Shown here: positions 10,034 to 21,800 of the stretch, in pieces
How the letters are laid out: every line of letters begins with the position of its first letter
Numbering within the stretch: the first letter of the stretch is position 1
Assembly (NCBI GenBank): GCA_965215275.1
Contig: OZ244044.1
Coordinates: 672,001-736,000, forward strand
Source of the DNA: Thermodesulfobacteriota bacterium
GTDB lineage: Bacteria > Desulfobacterota_D > UBA1144 > Nemesobacterales > JAJCZQ01
DNA length: 64,000 bases
Direction: 5' to 3'
Translations under genes and position numbers: made by a program
Notes under the pieces: model-generated
What the model saw: the letters and a program-made list of their open reading frames with translations, nothing else
The model's database searches: none
What the model was told of the DNA's origin: nothing

Positions 10034-13030
10034 TTGAGGTTAAAACAACTGAAAATGAACTTGAGAAGGGCTTTTAAAATACTTAACGGAAATACTCTCC
10101 TGGTCATACTTATATCCCTGCTGCTGTCGCTGTTTTTAATTTCCGATAATTCCGCACAGCAGCGATCCAGTGACTACAACCTGGCAATATTACCAGCGAC
10201 CCTTAACTACGTAGACCAATACTACGTGGATGAAACGAAAATCGATCTTAATCAGATGACGATCAAAGGACTTAACAAACTTGAGAGTCTGGTCAATGAG
10301 ATACTCGTTCATTTTCCCGACCCGCAAAGCAGTTCTGATTTCACCGTGCAGGTCAATAAAGAAGTAAAAAGTTACAGGAACGTGAAAACAGACAGCTGGA
10401 GCAGCATTAATGAGGTCATGCAGGACGTCTTTTCGTTCGTAATACCCAGTCTGAAAAGCACCCGGATAAAACCCGTTGAAATAGAGTATGCGGTCATGGA
10501 TACAATGCTGAAAACCCTGGACAAGCATTCAGGGATCATCACACCCGAAGTTTATAATGAGTTCAGGATCGAAACCGAAGGACATTTTGGCGGACTTGGC
10601 ATCGTTATAGGGATCAGAGACGGGCAACTTACGGTAATTTCCCCTCTTGAAGGCACACCGGCCTACAGAGCCGGAATAAAGTCAAATGACAAAATAGTGC
10701 AAATTGAGAGTGAATCGACCATTAATATGTCCCTTATGGAAGCGGTAAACAGGTTAAGAGGAAAAAAGGGAACAAAGGCAAAGATCTATATCATGAGAGA
10801 TTCCTTCAACGAGATAAAAGAATACTTAATAACAAGAGACACCATAAAGATCGAAAGCGTTGAAGACCTTTCCCTTGACGGTGAAATACTGTATATAAAG
10901 ATCAGGGATTTTCATAAGAACACCATTAAGAGCCTCAAAGAAACAATACGTAATAACAGGAACGATATAAATGGGATCATACTGGACCTGAGAGGAAATC
11001 CTGGAGGACTGCTTGAGCAGGCAGAACAAGTGGCAAATCTTTTTCTTTCTTACGGAACCATCGTTACTACCAAAGCCAATAATTATCAAAGAAGCTATTA
11101 TGCAAAATCGTACCGGTCCGAATTCAATGGAAAGGTCGTAGTGCTCGTGGACTCCGGAAGTGCAAGTGCTTCCGAGATCGTCGCAGGGGCTTTAAAGAAC
11201 AATCAAAGAGCAATAATAATCGGAGAAAAGACCTTCGGAAAAGGTTCGGTACAGCAGATCTTTGACCTGAAGGGCGGAGCTGCTCTAAAACTCACTATTG
11301 CAGATTATCTGACGCCCGGAGACATCTCCATCCAGAACGTAGGAATTACACCCGACATTGAAGTAGTACCCGTGATAATTACAGAAAAGGATGTAATGTA
11401 CAATGATATAAAGAAAAATGAGCAGACAGAAACAGTTCCTGTACACAAGATCAAATACTTATATAAAATGCCAATTCAGGAACAGGATGAACAGATCCAT
11501 GACGAGGCACTGGCAGAAAGCGAGAAAAAGGAAAAAATAAATAAGGATTTTGCGGTTCAGCTTGCAAAGAACATCATCGAATCGGTAAACGTTCTGGACA
11601 GAGAAGAGGTACTGAAAAAAGGTAAACGTGTAATTACTGATTTTATCTCCAAGGAAGAAAAACATATTGAACTGAAATGGAAAGAACTCGGCATAGACTG
11701 GTCATCTGGAAACGGTTTTTCATCCGACCCGGACCTCCAGTTCCAGCTGCATCCATCAAAACCGAAGTTCATTGCCGGAGAAAAAACCGCAACGGCCGTA
11801 ACGGCAACGAACAACGGGACCAATCCCATTTACAGATTAAGAGCTATAACAGCTTCTGATAATCCCGTTCTTAACGGCAAAGAGGTGATATTTGGAAAGC
11901 TGCTTCCGGGACGGTCAAAAAGTCTGGATATAAACTTTGACGTTCCGGAATGGGTCAACACAAGGAACGACGAGGTGAAGATCAAGTTCTTCCACTCGGA
12001 CAATGAATATATCAAGGAGAGTAATTTCGATATAAGCACTATTGCAAAGGGCAAGCCGCTTTTTGCCTATAACTTCGAGGTCGTTGACGACGGCAGATAT
12101 GGATCCACGGGCAATGCAAATGGTGAACTGGACGAAGGAGAGCAGATATCATTAGTATTTAATATAAAGAACACGGGTACCAGCAGATCCCCAAAGACCA
12201 TAGTTACCATCAAAAATCTGTCAGGGGAAGCCTTATATCTTCAAAAGGGCAGATTTGAACTTGCCGAGCTGAAACCAGGTGAAAGCCAGATAGCTTCTTT
12301 TCTTTTTAGAGTTAATAACAAAAACAACATAAATCTGGAGATCAGCATCACTGACGACGCGTCCAGACAGATAATAACAACCAACCGAGTAGACCTGGTC
12401 AGATCAAACAATACTGAAAAGTTCGTAAGGTCCGAAGGCTGGGTAACCATAGAAAAAAGGACCCCGATCATGGGAGGGAACGATACCTTACCGTTAATTG
12501 CCTACGCCGAGAGCGGTTCAGTTTTCGACCTGCTTGGTTACAAGGGTGAGCATGCCAAGATCAGGCTGCCCACTTTAGAAAGAGCAGGATGGGTACTGAA
12601 AGAAAACATTAAAATAGATAAAGAACAAAAGAAAGAAAAAGACAGTCATGACTTTAAGGAAGTGTTTTTTTACAGCCAGCCCAGTATGGAAAATATGATT
12701 AATGATAGAAGAGACTTTAAGGAAGTGTTTTTTTACAGCCAGCCCAGTATAGATATCGCAAGTACGTCACTGGTAACGAACAAGAAAGAGATAAGTATCA
12801 GAGGCTCAGTTACCGATAACAATAAAATAGAGAGCATATCTATTTTTAAAGGCGACGATAAGATCAAGCTGTTAACCCCCAATAAAAACAGTCAGGTATT
12901 TTCATTTAATTCAAGTCTGGAAGACGGTATAAACGTTTTCAGTATAGTTGCAAAGGACACCAGCGGTTTATTTTCCAAAGAAACCGTTACGATAAGAAAA
13001 TCCACCTCTCCTGTAACCTTGAATGATTAA
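10034..13030 (+). CDS. S41 carboxyl-terminal processing protease with PDZ domain and long C-terminal extension
   Basis: FGGLGIVI, DLRGNPGGLL, SASASEIVAGAL, GEKTFGKGSVQ. Confidence 0.9.
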   Translation: MRLKQLKMNLRRAFKILNGNTLLVILISLLLSLFLISDNSAQQRSSDYNLAILPATLNYVDQYYVDETKIDLNQMTIKGLNKLESLVNEILVHFPDPQSSSDFTVQVNKEVKSYRNVKTDSWSSINEVMQDVFSFVIPSLKSTRIKPVEIEYAVMDTMLKTLDKHSGIITPEVYNEFRIETEGHFGGLGIVIGIRDGQLTVISPLEGTPAYRAGIKSNDKIVQIESESTINMSLMEAVNRLRGKKGTKAKIYIMRDSFNEIKEYLITRDTIKIESVEDLSLDGEILYIKIRDFHKNTIKSLKETIRNNRNDINGIILDLRGNPGGLLEQAEQVANLFLSYGTIVTTKANNYQRSYYAKSYRSEFNGKVVVLVDSGSASASEIVAGALKNNQRAIIIGEKTFGKGSVQQIFDLKGGAALKLTIADYLTPGDISIQNVGITPDIEVVPVIITEKDVMYNDIKKNEQTETVPVHKIKYLYKMPIQEQDEQIHDEALAESEKKEKINKDFAVQLAKNIIESVNVLDREEVLKKGKRVITDFISKEEKHIELKWKELGIDWSSGNGFSSDPDLQFQLHPSKPKFIAGEKTATAVTATNNGTNPIYRLRAITASDNPVLNGKEVIFGKLLPGRSKSLDINFDVPEWVNTRNDEVKIKFFHSDNEYIKESNFDISTIAKGKPLFAYNFEVVDDGRYGSTGNANGELDEGEQISLVFNIKNTGTSRSPKTIVTIKNLSGEALYLQKGRFELAELKPGESQIASFLFRVNNKNNINLEISITDDASRQIITTNRVDLVRSNNTEKFVRSEGWVTIEKRTPIMGGNDTLPLIAYAESGSVFDLLGYKGEHAKIRLPTLERAGWVLKENIKIDKEQKKEKDSHDFKEVFFYSQPSMENMINDRRDFKEVFFYSQPSIDIASTSLVTNKKEISIRGSVTDNNKIESISIFKGDDKIKLLTPNKNSQVFSFNSSLEDGINVFSIVAKDTSGLFSKETVTIRKSTSPVTLND
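12650..12750. repeat. 38-bp perfect direct repeat (12650-12687, 12713-12750) around a 25-bp insert, in frame within the S41 gene
   Basis: gactttaaggaagtgtttttttacagccagcccagtat occurs twice; DFKEVFFYSQPS occurs twice in the protein. Confidence 0.9.
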
Positions 13031-13949
13031 GCTTGCCTTTCTTCGTATTGCAACCGGAATAACGGTCATATTATTTGTGGTAAGTCTCACTTTTATCTTA
13101 CTGCGATTTTTACCAGGTGGACCATTTGACAATGAAAAACAGGTTCCTGCCGCGATCATGGAGAACCTTGAAAAGAAATACAAGTTCAATGAACCGATCT
13201 GGAAGCAGTATACGATCTATATGACAAATCTCCTTAAGGGGGACTTTGGACCATCGTATAAATATCACAACAGGTCAGCAAACGACATAATCAAGGAAAC
13301 TTTCCCTGTATCCGTCCAGCTCGGCATAGCAGCGCTTTTTATATCGGTCGTGCTTGGGATCTCTCTTGGAGTTGCAGCCTCGTTCTCTCCCGGGAACTTC
13401 CTGGACACGTCAACGGCGGTCTTGTCCGTGTCCCTCGTTTCAGTTCCTAACTTCGTTATAGGTGCAGTTCTCATCTATATATTTTCCATAAAAACGGGAT
13501 GGCTTCCGGCCGCTTTGTGGGGCAAGCCTGAAAACTATGTACTTCCCGCACTGACCCTCGCCTCTGGTTCCATGGCCTATATTGCAAGGCTGGTGAGAGC
13601 AAATATGATCGAAGCTTCAAAGGAACTTTATGTAAGGACTGCAAAGGCAAAGGGACTGAGCAGGGTCCAGATCACTTTCAAGCACGTTTTAAAGAACGCC
13701 CTGACCCCGGTGGTCACGGTACTTGGCCCTATCTCGGCTTACCTTGTAACGGGATCATTCGTCGTGGAGCATATATTCGCCATACCGGGTATGGGGCGCT
13801 TCTTCGTTCTTGCCGTCTCCAACAGGGACTACTCCGTAGTGCTTGCAATTACGGTCCTATATACGGTCATTCTGGTAATAGCTAACCTTATAGTTGATCT
13901 TCTGTACCTGTGGCTGGACCCGAGGATCAGTTATGAAGGCAGGTCATGA
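13023..13949 (+). CDS. oppB: Oligopeptide/dipeptide ABC transporter permease (OppB-like)
   Basis: LPGGPF, GDFGPSY, YVRTAKAKGL..KHVLKNAL, NRDY. Confidence 0.88.
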   Translation: MIKLAFLRIATGITVILFVVSLTFILLRFLPGGPFDNEKQVPAAIMENLEKKYKFNEPIWKQYTIYMTNLLKGDFGPSYKYHNRSANDIIKETFPVSVQLGIAALFISVVLGISLGVAASFSPGNFLDTSTAVLSVSLVSVPNFVIGAVLIYIFSIKTGWLPAALWGKPENYVLPALTLASGSMAYIARLVRANMIEASKELYVRTAKAKGLSRVQITFKHVLKNALTPVVTVLGPISAYLVTGSFVVEHIFAIPGMGRFFVLAVSNRDYSVVLAITVLYTVILVIANLIVDLLYLWLDPRISYEGRS

Positions 13950-14680
13950 GAAATATAAAACTGACCATAGAATACAACGGAACAGCTTACAGCGGCTGGC
14001 AAAGACAGCCGGGAAGAAGAACGGTTCAAAGAGAGATCGAAGACTCGATCATGGAAATTACCAGGGAAAAGACCACTGTAAACGGGTCGGGAAGAACTGA
14101 TTCCGGCGTGCACGCACTTGGCCAAGTCGCCAATTTTCAAACCGGTTCCGGTTTAACCGTCCGTCAGTTTAAAAAGGCACTGAACGCCCGTCTGCCAAGC
14201 GACATAGCCGTTATTGAGCTCAGGGAGGTCCCTGATGATTTTCACTCTCAGTTCAGTTCAAAAAGCAAAGTATATCTGTATAGGATATTAAACAGGGACT
14301 ACAGGTCCGCTCATGAGCATAAAAGGTCCTGGAACGTCAGGCAAAAACTTGATACAGAAAGTATGAAGCAGGCATCACAGTGCCTTATCGGCAGACATGA
14401 CTTCAAGGTATTTGCCCATCAGGATATAAACGTCAGATCAACGGTGAGGACAGTTAAAAAACTAAGCATAAGCAGAAAAAAAGATATGATAAGCCTTGAG
14501 ATCGAAGCGGACGGATTTCTGAAAAGAATGGTCAGAATGATAACGGGAACGCTGACGCAGGTCGGGAAGGAAAGGCTTACCCCTGACGGCTTTAAGCAGA
14601 TCCTGGCAGATGGAAAGAGGAACAAATACGTCTATACGGCGCCGGCGCACGGACTGTTCCTGAAAAAGGTAAAATACTGA
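13946..14680 (+). CDS. truA: tRNA pseudouridine(38-40) synthase
   Basis: YNGTAYSGWQRQ, SGRTDSGVHALGQV, TAPAHGLFL. Confidence 0.96.
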   Translation: MRNIKLTIEYNGTAYSGWQRQPGRRTVQREIEDSIMEITREKTTVNGSGRTDSGVHALGQVANFQTGSGLTVRQFKKALNARLPSDIAVIELREVPDDFHSQFSSKSKVYLYRILNRDYRSAHEHKRSWNVRQKLDTESMKQASQCLIGRHDFKVFAHQDINVRSTVRTVKKLSISRKKDMISLEIEADGFLKRMVRMITGTLTQVGKERLTPDGFKQILADGKRNKYVYTAPAHGLFLKKVKY

Positions 14681-14690
14681 GGAGCGAGCA

Positions 14691-15461
14691 ATGAAAACAG
14701 CAAGATTCCTGAACGAGAACGGTGAAGAAAGAACCGGAATACTGGACGATACGACCATCAGGGAGATCAGCGGTGATATATATTCAGAATACCGTGAGAA
14801 CGGAAAGGTCCATAAACTTGACGAGGTAAAGATACTCCCTCCCTGCAGACCAACGAAGATAATCGCAGTGGGACTTAACTACGAAGACCATGCCAAAGAG
14901 ATGAAAAGAGCATTGCCGAAGGAACCTATGCTGTTCTTAAAACCGAACACTACCGTCATTTCTCACAAGGAAGACATAATCTACCCTTCTCACATGTCCC
15001 AGAGAGTGGACTATGAAGGAGAACTTGCAGTTGTTATAGGCAGAGAGGCCCATATGGTCGAAGAAAAAGATACAAAAAACCATATATACGGCTATACGTG
15101 CATAAACGACGTAACGGCAAGGGACCTTCAGGCAAAAGACGTTCAGTTTACAAGAGGTAAGGGGTTCAATACCTTTGCACCGATCGGACCTTGTATAGAA
15201 ACTGACGTGGACCCCGGCGATCTTGAAATACAGACCACGTTAAACGGAGAGATCAGACAAAGCTCAAACACGAGTAATCTGATATTTAACGTCGGTCAGC
15301 TCGTAAGCTTTATCTCAAAGGTAATGACCCTTCTTCCAGGAGATATAATAGCAACAGGTACACCCAGCGGAATTGGTCCGATGTCTCCGGGCGACCAGGT
15401 ACAGGTGAAGATCTCCGGTATTGGAACTTTAACGAACTTCGTCCGGTCTATTTATGGTTGA
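14691..15461 (+). CDS. Fumarylacetoacetate hydrolase family protein
   Basis: GLNYEDHA, DYEGELAVVIG, NDVTARD, PGDIIATGTP. Confidence 0.92.
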   Translation: MKTARFLNENGEERTGILDDTTIREISGDIYSEYRENGKVHKLDEVKILPPCRPTKIIAVGLNYEDHAKEMKRALPKEPMLFLKPNTTVISHKEDIIYPSHMSQRVDYEGELAVVIGREAHMVEEKDTKNHIYGYTCINDVTARDLQAKDVQFTRGKGFNTFAPIGPCIETDVDPGDLEIQTTLNGEIRQSSNTSNLIFNVGQLVSFISKVMTLLPGDIIATGTPSGIGPMSPGDQVQVKISGIGTLTNFVRSIYG

Positions 15462-17217
15462 TGATCTGCTTTGCCTGCTGATCATCAGGAGCGGCCAGAC
15501 CGTACCTGAGGGCAGTTTTTGCGTACTTTTTGGCATTTTTCAGGTCACCCAGTTCAAAATATACCCTGGCGGCTCCCAGATATCCCTTGGAATAATTTCT
15601 CTTAGCCTCGATCGATTTTAAAAAATACCTTCCAGACCATCGTAACATCTCCTTTGATCTTTCAGGCGTGGTCATTTTCGCCCCTGAGTGGTAGATCAAC
15701 CCCAGGTGATAATAGGACTTATGAAACCTTCTGTCTTCTTTTACTGCCTCCTGAAAGGCCCTGTGAGCCCTTTTGAACTTTTTCTGCTTCATGTATGCAA
15801 TACCAAGATTATTCAAAGCAATCGATTTCATCATAGAAGACGCGTTCTTGTCAGCTTTGAGCGCGGCTCTGAGAACCCTGGCACCTTTATCCAACTGGTC
15901 TGAATCAATAAGTGCCATACCATAATTAATAAGAGGTATTGAATCACTGGTATCCCTTGACGCGTCCTTCCAGAAAGTAACCCTGTCCTTCCAGACGGAC
16001 TGTCTGGTAATTGTAGAAACGCTGAGTACCACGATTATCAAACCGAACAGAATAACGGATAATCGGCGATATTCTCCCTGGTTCAACCTGTATAATGCAA
16101 AAGCAACCAGCAGAGAGAACGGTGCTAACGGCAGATATAAATACCTCTCCGCCAGCGGCGTTGACGCAATCTGCACAACTGCAACGATCGATGAAGGTCC
16201 AAGGACCAAAAGAAGCCAAAGTATACAGAAGCCCTTAAAGCCAGACCTTATATACGAAGAAAAGAACGCGTATCCTATCGCTAAGAAACTGATCAGGGAT
16301 AAGACCAGATATATCGAACCCTTTGGAACATTGCTTATGAACGAACTGAACCAAAAAGGCACTAACAGTTTATAAAAATAAAACAGATAGGTAACGAACA
16401 GGGTCTTGATCAGTACAAGATACTTAACGAATTCAAAGCCACTCCCGGACGTAACCTGCTTTGCTCCCGAAGTGACCTCACTGGAAATATCCGCGGCGAC
16501 GCTCGTACCACCTCTGGTTCTTAAGTAAAGATATATCCCGATAAAAACAAGGTATATCAGAAACCTCAGCAAGGACTCTCTTTTAATTTTCCTTTCGGCA
16601 AGGAAATCACATGCTATAACCGCAAAGGGAAAAGCCAGTGCAAGCTCTTTCGACAGCAGTGAAGCGTAGAACAAAACACAGGTAGGTATTATCAGATACC
16701 TGTTTTCATAAGACTTTAAGTGAGTGATAAAAGCTCCTATGAAGAACAGACTGCACAAAATATCCGTCCTGCCTGCGATCCAGGACACGGATTCAACGTG
16801 CATCGGGTGAACTATGAATATCATCGACGCGGTAAAAGCTATTATCTTTCTGCCTTCTATTTCAAATCGTTTAAGGACCAGCAGAAAAAGAAAATATGCC
16901 AGTATAGACGTGGCGGAATTAAATATAAGATTTGCCAGGTGAAAACCATGGGGATTGTCCAGCCCCCATATTTTATAATCATACGCAAGAGTGATATAAG
17001 ATACAGGTCTGTAGTAGCCAGTGCGCTTTACTTCTCTCTTATCTGGAAATATGGACCTTAACAGGCCAACCCTTTCCAGTTTGAAATGGTTTTTTTCCAT
17101 TTCTATCGTATCGTCCCACACAAATCCATTACTGAGCGAGGGAACATATATGGAAAAGGAAACGAGAAATATGACAAGTCCCGCTAAATATCTGTTCTGT
17201 ATGATCTGACTTTGCAT
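15448..17217 (-). CDS. TMTC-like membrane glycosyltransferase with C-terminal TPR repeats
   Basis: FVWDD, YYRP, HPMHVESVSWIAGR, SKE, AERYLYLP, followed by TPR repeats. Confidence 0.8.
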   Translation of the reverse strand: MQSQIIQNRYLAGLVIFLVSFSIYVPSLSNGFVWDDTIEMEKNHFKLERVGLLRSIFPDKREVKRTGYYRPVSYITLAYDYKIWGLDNPHGFHLANLIFNSATSILAYFLFLLVLKRFEIEGRKIIAFTASMIFIVHPMHVESVSWIAGRTDILCSLFFIGAFITHLKSYENRYLIIPTCVLFYASLLSKELALAFPFAVIACDFLAERKIKRESLLRFLIYLVFIGIYLYLRTRGGTSVAADISSEVTSGAKQVTSGSGFEFVKYLVLIKTLFVTYLFYFYKLLVPFWFSSFISNVPKGSIYLVLSLISFLAIGYAFFSSYIRSGFKGFCILWLLLVLGPSSIVAVVQIASTPLAERYLYLPLAPFSLLVAFALYRLNQGEYRRLSVILFGLIIVVLSVSTITRQSVWKDRVTFWKDASRDTSDSIPLINYGMALIDSDQLDKGARVLRAALKADKNASSMMKSIALNNLGIAYMKQKKFKRAHRAFQEAVKEDRRFHKSYYHLGLIYHSGAKMTTPERSKEMLRWSGRYFLKSIEAKRNYSKGYLGAARVYFELGDLKNAKKYAKTALRYGLAAPDDQQAKQIINHK

Positions 17218-17264
17218 CTGCTGTTACTAATTATAGGTTAAAAGGATCTTTTGTCATTAATTAC

Positions 17265-17686
17265 GGGATCATTAAGGAAAGTTGACAAAACATTATGATT
17301 TCCCTTAATCTCTAACTTCTTTAACAGACTGGTCTACCCTTTGAACTTACGGTCAGAGTAAACCGTTGATCCAGCTGTTCCCTGGTCGGTCCGGGTGGTC
17401 TTTTAGGCAGAACTGCACCTGCGTTAAGAAATGACGTTACTGATTTGTCTGACCTGTTCCACTCTGCCTTTTTATTCATTATTATTTCAGTATAACACAG
17501 ATTAAAGCTTGTTTCCATATTCGTTCATATACATTACCTGCACTGTCAACCCCTTTATAAACCCCTGCTCCACACCTTCAAAATATCTATATCTTATTAA
17601 TATGGCTTTTAAGCATCTGTAAGGTCACAGAGCGGGTCCGTACCATATTGCATGTCCTTTTCTGTCAACTTCCCCTGGCAGTTCCC
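17265..17686. mobile_element. Degenerate IS1595-type MITE with one small ORF (about 17321-17479, minus strand)
   Basis: Imperfect ends gggatcattaaggaaagttgacaaaa and rc gggaactgccaggggaagttgacagaa; flanks ttaattac/ttaatttt (6/8); left end resembles the end at 62046. Confidence 0.55.
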
Positions 17687-17742
17687 TTAATTTTTACTAA
17701 ATCTTCAGTTATATTATAGGGTTTTTAAGTCGAGCAAGAAAA

Positions 17743-18813
17743 ATGTCGAAAATACTGGTAGTTCCGGGCGACGGGATCGGAGTTGAAGTAACTGAAGTCA
17801 GCCTGAGAGTTTTAAAGGTCATAGAGAAGAAATACGATCTGAACTTTGAGATCGAACGGGAGTTTTTCGGAGGTATCTCAATTGATAGGAACGGGGTGCC
17901 CGTTACCGACCAGGTAATTAAAAAGGCACAAGGTTCAGACGCCGTTCTGTTAGGTGCCGTTGGCGGACCGCAATGGGAAAACCTTGAGCATAACCTGAAA
18001 CCCGAAGCAGGACTGCTTAAGCTCAGACGATCACTTGACACTTTCGCGAACCTCCGACCTGCAGTTGTCTACAGTGCTCTTTCTGATGCATCAACTCTGA
18101 AAAGAGAGGTCGTGCAGGACGTGAACATAATGGTCGTAAGGGAACTGACCAGTGGGATATATTTTGGAAAGCCCAGAGGAATAAACAAGATAAACGGTGA
18201 AGACACGGGTTTTAACACCCTTAGCTACACAGCTTCTCAAATTACAAGAATTGCCGAACTTGCCTTCCAGATCGCAGATACAAGAAAAAAGAAACTCACG
18301 TCGGTCGATAAATCGAACGTTTTAGAATCCATGGTGCTGTGGAGGGACGTGGTGACCGAACTGCATAAAAACCATTATTCTCACATCGAACTTGAGCATC
18401 TTTACGTTGATAACGCGGCAATGCAGTTAATAAGAAGACCCAGGACCTTTGACGTAATACTTGCAGGCAATATGTTCGGGGACATAATCAGTGACGAAGC
18501 GGCACAGCTTACAGGGTCCCTTGGCATGTTACCTTCAGCAAGCATCGGGAACAAGGGAGCTATCTACGAACCAGTGCACGGAAGTGCTCCTGACATCGCA
18601 GGTAAAGACGTTGCCAATCCAATAGCCTCCATCTTATCGCTTTCAATGATGTTTAAATATTCTTTCAACCTTGAACCGGTCGCAAGAGACATTGAGACGG
18701 CGATAAACAGTGCTCTGGAAAAAGGTTACAGAACGGCGGATATATACGAAGAAGGAACGGTCAAGGTCGGTTGTGATGAAATGGGAAAGATAATAATAGA
18801 CGAACTTCAGTAA
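17743..18813 (+). CDS. leuB: 3-isopropylmalate dehydrogenase
   Basis: PGDGIGVEV, NMFGDIISDEAA, EPVHGSAPDIAG. Confidence 0.96.
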   Translation: MSKILVVPGDGIGVEVTEVSLRVLKVIEKKYDLNFEIEREFFGGISIDRNGVPVTDQVIKKAQGSDAVLLGAVGGPQWENLEHNLKPEAGLLKLRRSLDTFANLRPAVVYSALSDASTLKREVVQDVNIMVVRELTSGIYFGKPRGINKINGEDTGFNTLSYTASQITRIAELAFQIADTRKKKLTSVDKSNVLESMVLWRDVVTELHKNHYSHIELEHLYVDNAAMQLIRRPRTFDVILAGNMFGDIISDEAAQLTGSLGMLPSASIGNKGAIYEPVHGSAPDIAGKDVANPIASILSLSMMFKYSFNLEPVARDIETAINSALEKGYRTADIYEEGTVKVGCDEMGKIIIDELQ

Positions 18814-18835
18814 ACCACTGCTGTTACTTTTATAA

Positions 18836-21800
18836 GTGCTACACAAGAAAGTTTTTTTAAACAAGTTAATAAATTCCCGTCTTGACGACATTACAACCTC
18901 CCTGAACAACGGCTTAAGAAGTCTGACCATTTCCGGTCTCGAGGGCACGTACAAGTACCTTATAGCCAGTCTTATAAGCAGGTCTTTAAACAGGCCGTAC
19001 CTTTACGTGTTCGGCTCAAAGGCCGACGGGGAAGCCGTTTCAGAAAACCTGAAATTCTTTATCAGAAAAGAGATACCAGTGTTCAGAAGAAAGGTCCTTT
19101 CAAAGGGATCACCCGTTGATAAAGGTGCTGATAATAACAGACATCAGAGACTCAGTACCCTGATATCCATCATAGATAAGAGACCTTTGTGCACGGAAGC
19201 CGCGTCCCTGTCCGAACTGGTAATACCAAGTAAGGTCCTCAGAGAAAGCTTTACTGAAATAAACGTAAAGGATAAGGTCGAACGGGATAAGTTTATCGTT
19301 CAGTTAAATAAATATGGCTACAGGAAGAGTGATTTTGTAACCTCTCCGTGCGAGATGAGCGTAAGGGGGTCGATCGTTGATCTGTACTCGTCCGGACATG
19401 AATTTCCGATCAGAATTGAATATGAAGGTGACGTAGTAAGGTCTCTCAGGTACTTCTCCTCCAGTTCGCAAAAATCGTTAAACAAACTCCGGTCCGCCAC
19501 AATACGTCCGGTCAGTGAGTTTGTTCCATACGGCAGCTCTGAAAGCCTGCATAACAAGATCGTTGAAGCGGCGAACAGGAGGGGAGTTTCCGCACAGCTA
19601 AAAAACACCCTGCTGGACTTAATAAAGAACGGGGTTTATACCGACGAACTGGAACACCTTGTACCATATGTATACAGCGAGCGTGAAAACATCCTGAATT
19701 TTCTGGACGAAAGTTATCTGCTCTTTCTGGACCTGGACAACGGCCTTGAAACTGAACTTGAGAAAGTCCGTAAAACGGCTGACAAAGACGGCATCAGATC
19801 TCAGAGGTTCCATGAACTTCTGCCTGATCCCGAGGAACGCTATTTTACTCCGGACGAAATAAGGAAAAAGCTGACGAGGTTTCAGATCATAAGGATCAAC
19901 GACCTCATAAGTCGCTCGGAAGATCACTTTAAGTTCCGGTCACACAGCTCCAAGCTGAAACCTTCCGACGTCAGATCGCCCGTTCAGGAACTGGCAGAAC
20001 AACTGAGGAAGCTCATCAAAAGGCAATTCGAGGTCTTTATCGTTTCATACAATGAAAACGAGCAGAGTAAATTAAAGGAACTGCTGTCGGATTATAACGT
20101 TGAAAAGATAAACTACCTTACGGGTAATATAGGGACCGGGTTCATATCAGACGATCTGAAACTTGCCGTTTTCTGCGAAAATGATCTTTCGGAAAAGTAC
20201 AAGGTCCCGGACCATAAAGCGGAAGAAAACGTCTCCTCCGTTTTCATATCCAATTTCAGCAAGCTGAAGACCGGTGATTTTATCGTTCATAAGAACTTCG
20301 GCATAGGGATCTACAATGGCCTGAAGAAGCTGGATGTGAACGATAAAAAAAGCGACTTTCTCGAGTGTGAATATAAAGACGGGAACAAGCTCTTCGTTCC
20401 GGTGGAGAACTTAAAACTGATCCAAAGGTACGTAGGCGGCAAAACCGCTCCTGCAGTTGACGGACTGGGCGGCAGCAGCTGGAAAAGAAAAATAAGCAAA
20501 GTAAAAAAAGCCGTGGATAAGATCGCCATGGAACTGCTTGAACTTTATGCAAAGAGAAAATCCATAAAGGGATTTAAGTTCTCAAAGCGGGATCACGCGT
20601 TCAAGGAATTCGAGATAGATTTTGACTTTGAAGAAACGGCCGATCAGTCAAAAGCAATAGAAGACGTAATGTACGATATGGAAAGGCCCAGACCAATGGA
20701 CCGTTTGATCTGTGGAGACACGGGATTTGGCAAAACGGAGATCGCTATGCGAGCTTCGTTCAAAGCAGCCATGGACGGCAAACAGACGGCCTTTCTGGTA
20801 CCCACCACGCTGCTTGCCGGTCAGCACTATGATAATTTCATAAAAAGGTTCAAGAACCATCCGATCAATATTGAAGTGATCTCTCGTTTTAAGACGGCAG
20901 CTGAATCTAACAAAATATTCAGAAGATTGAGCGATGGGCTCATAGACATAATCATCGGTACTCATAAACTGCTCGGTAAAAGAACGAAATTTAAGAACCT
21001 GGGACTTGTAATAACAGACGAGGAACATAAATTCGGGGTCAGGCACAAGGAGAAATTAAGGTTAATATCCAACGGCGTGGACGTGTTATCCTTATCAGCG
21101 ACCCCAATACCCAGGTCCCTTCAGCTTTCCCTTACCAGCATCAGGGACATCAGCCTAGTTAACACACCTCCGGAGGGAAGAATGCCGGTAAGCGTCTATA
21201 TCGATAATTACAACGAAAAGGTCATCCGAGAGGCCGTGATGAAAGAACTTTCACGGAACGGTCTGGTGCTTTTCATTAACAACAGGATAAGGAACATATC
21301 AGAAATAGCCGAAACCCTGAAGACGCTCGTCCCTGAGGCATCGATCGGGATAACGCACGGGCAGATGAACGAAAAGGTCCTCGAAAACCGTATATCGATG
21401 TTCAGGGATGGAAAGATCAATCTGCTGGTCACGACCGCTATAGTGGAATCGGGACTGGACATACCCAGGGCGAACACGATTATCATAAATGACGCACATA
21501 AGTTCGGACTGGCAGACCTTTATCAACTCAAAGGACGTGTAGGAAGGGGTAAAATAAAGGCCCATGCATATTTTTTAGTACCATCTATCAACGCACTGAC
21601 CACGGACGCCAGAAAAAGATTAACGAAGCTTTCCGAACTGCAGAACCTGGGAACGGGATTCAAGCTCGCTTTATACGACATGGAGATCAGAGGAGCGGGA
21701 AGCCTGTTCGGTGAGGAACAGTCGGGCACGATCTCGGAAGTGGGACTGGAACTCTACCTGGAAATGCTCCAGGAAACCATCAGGAACTTAAACAAGTGCA

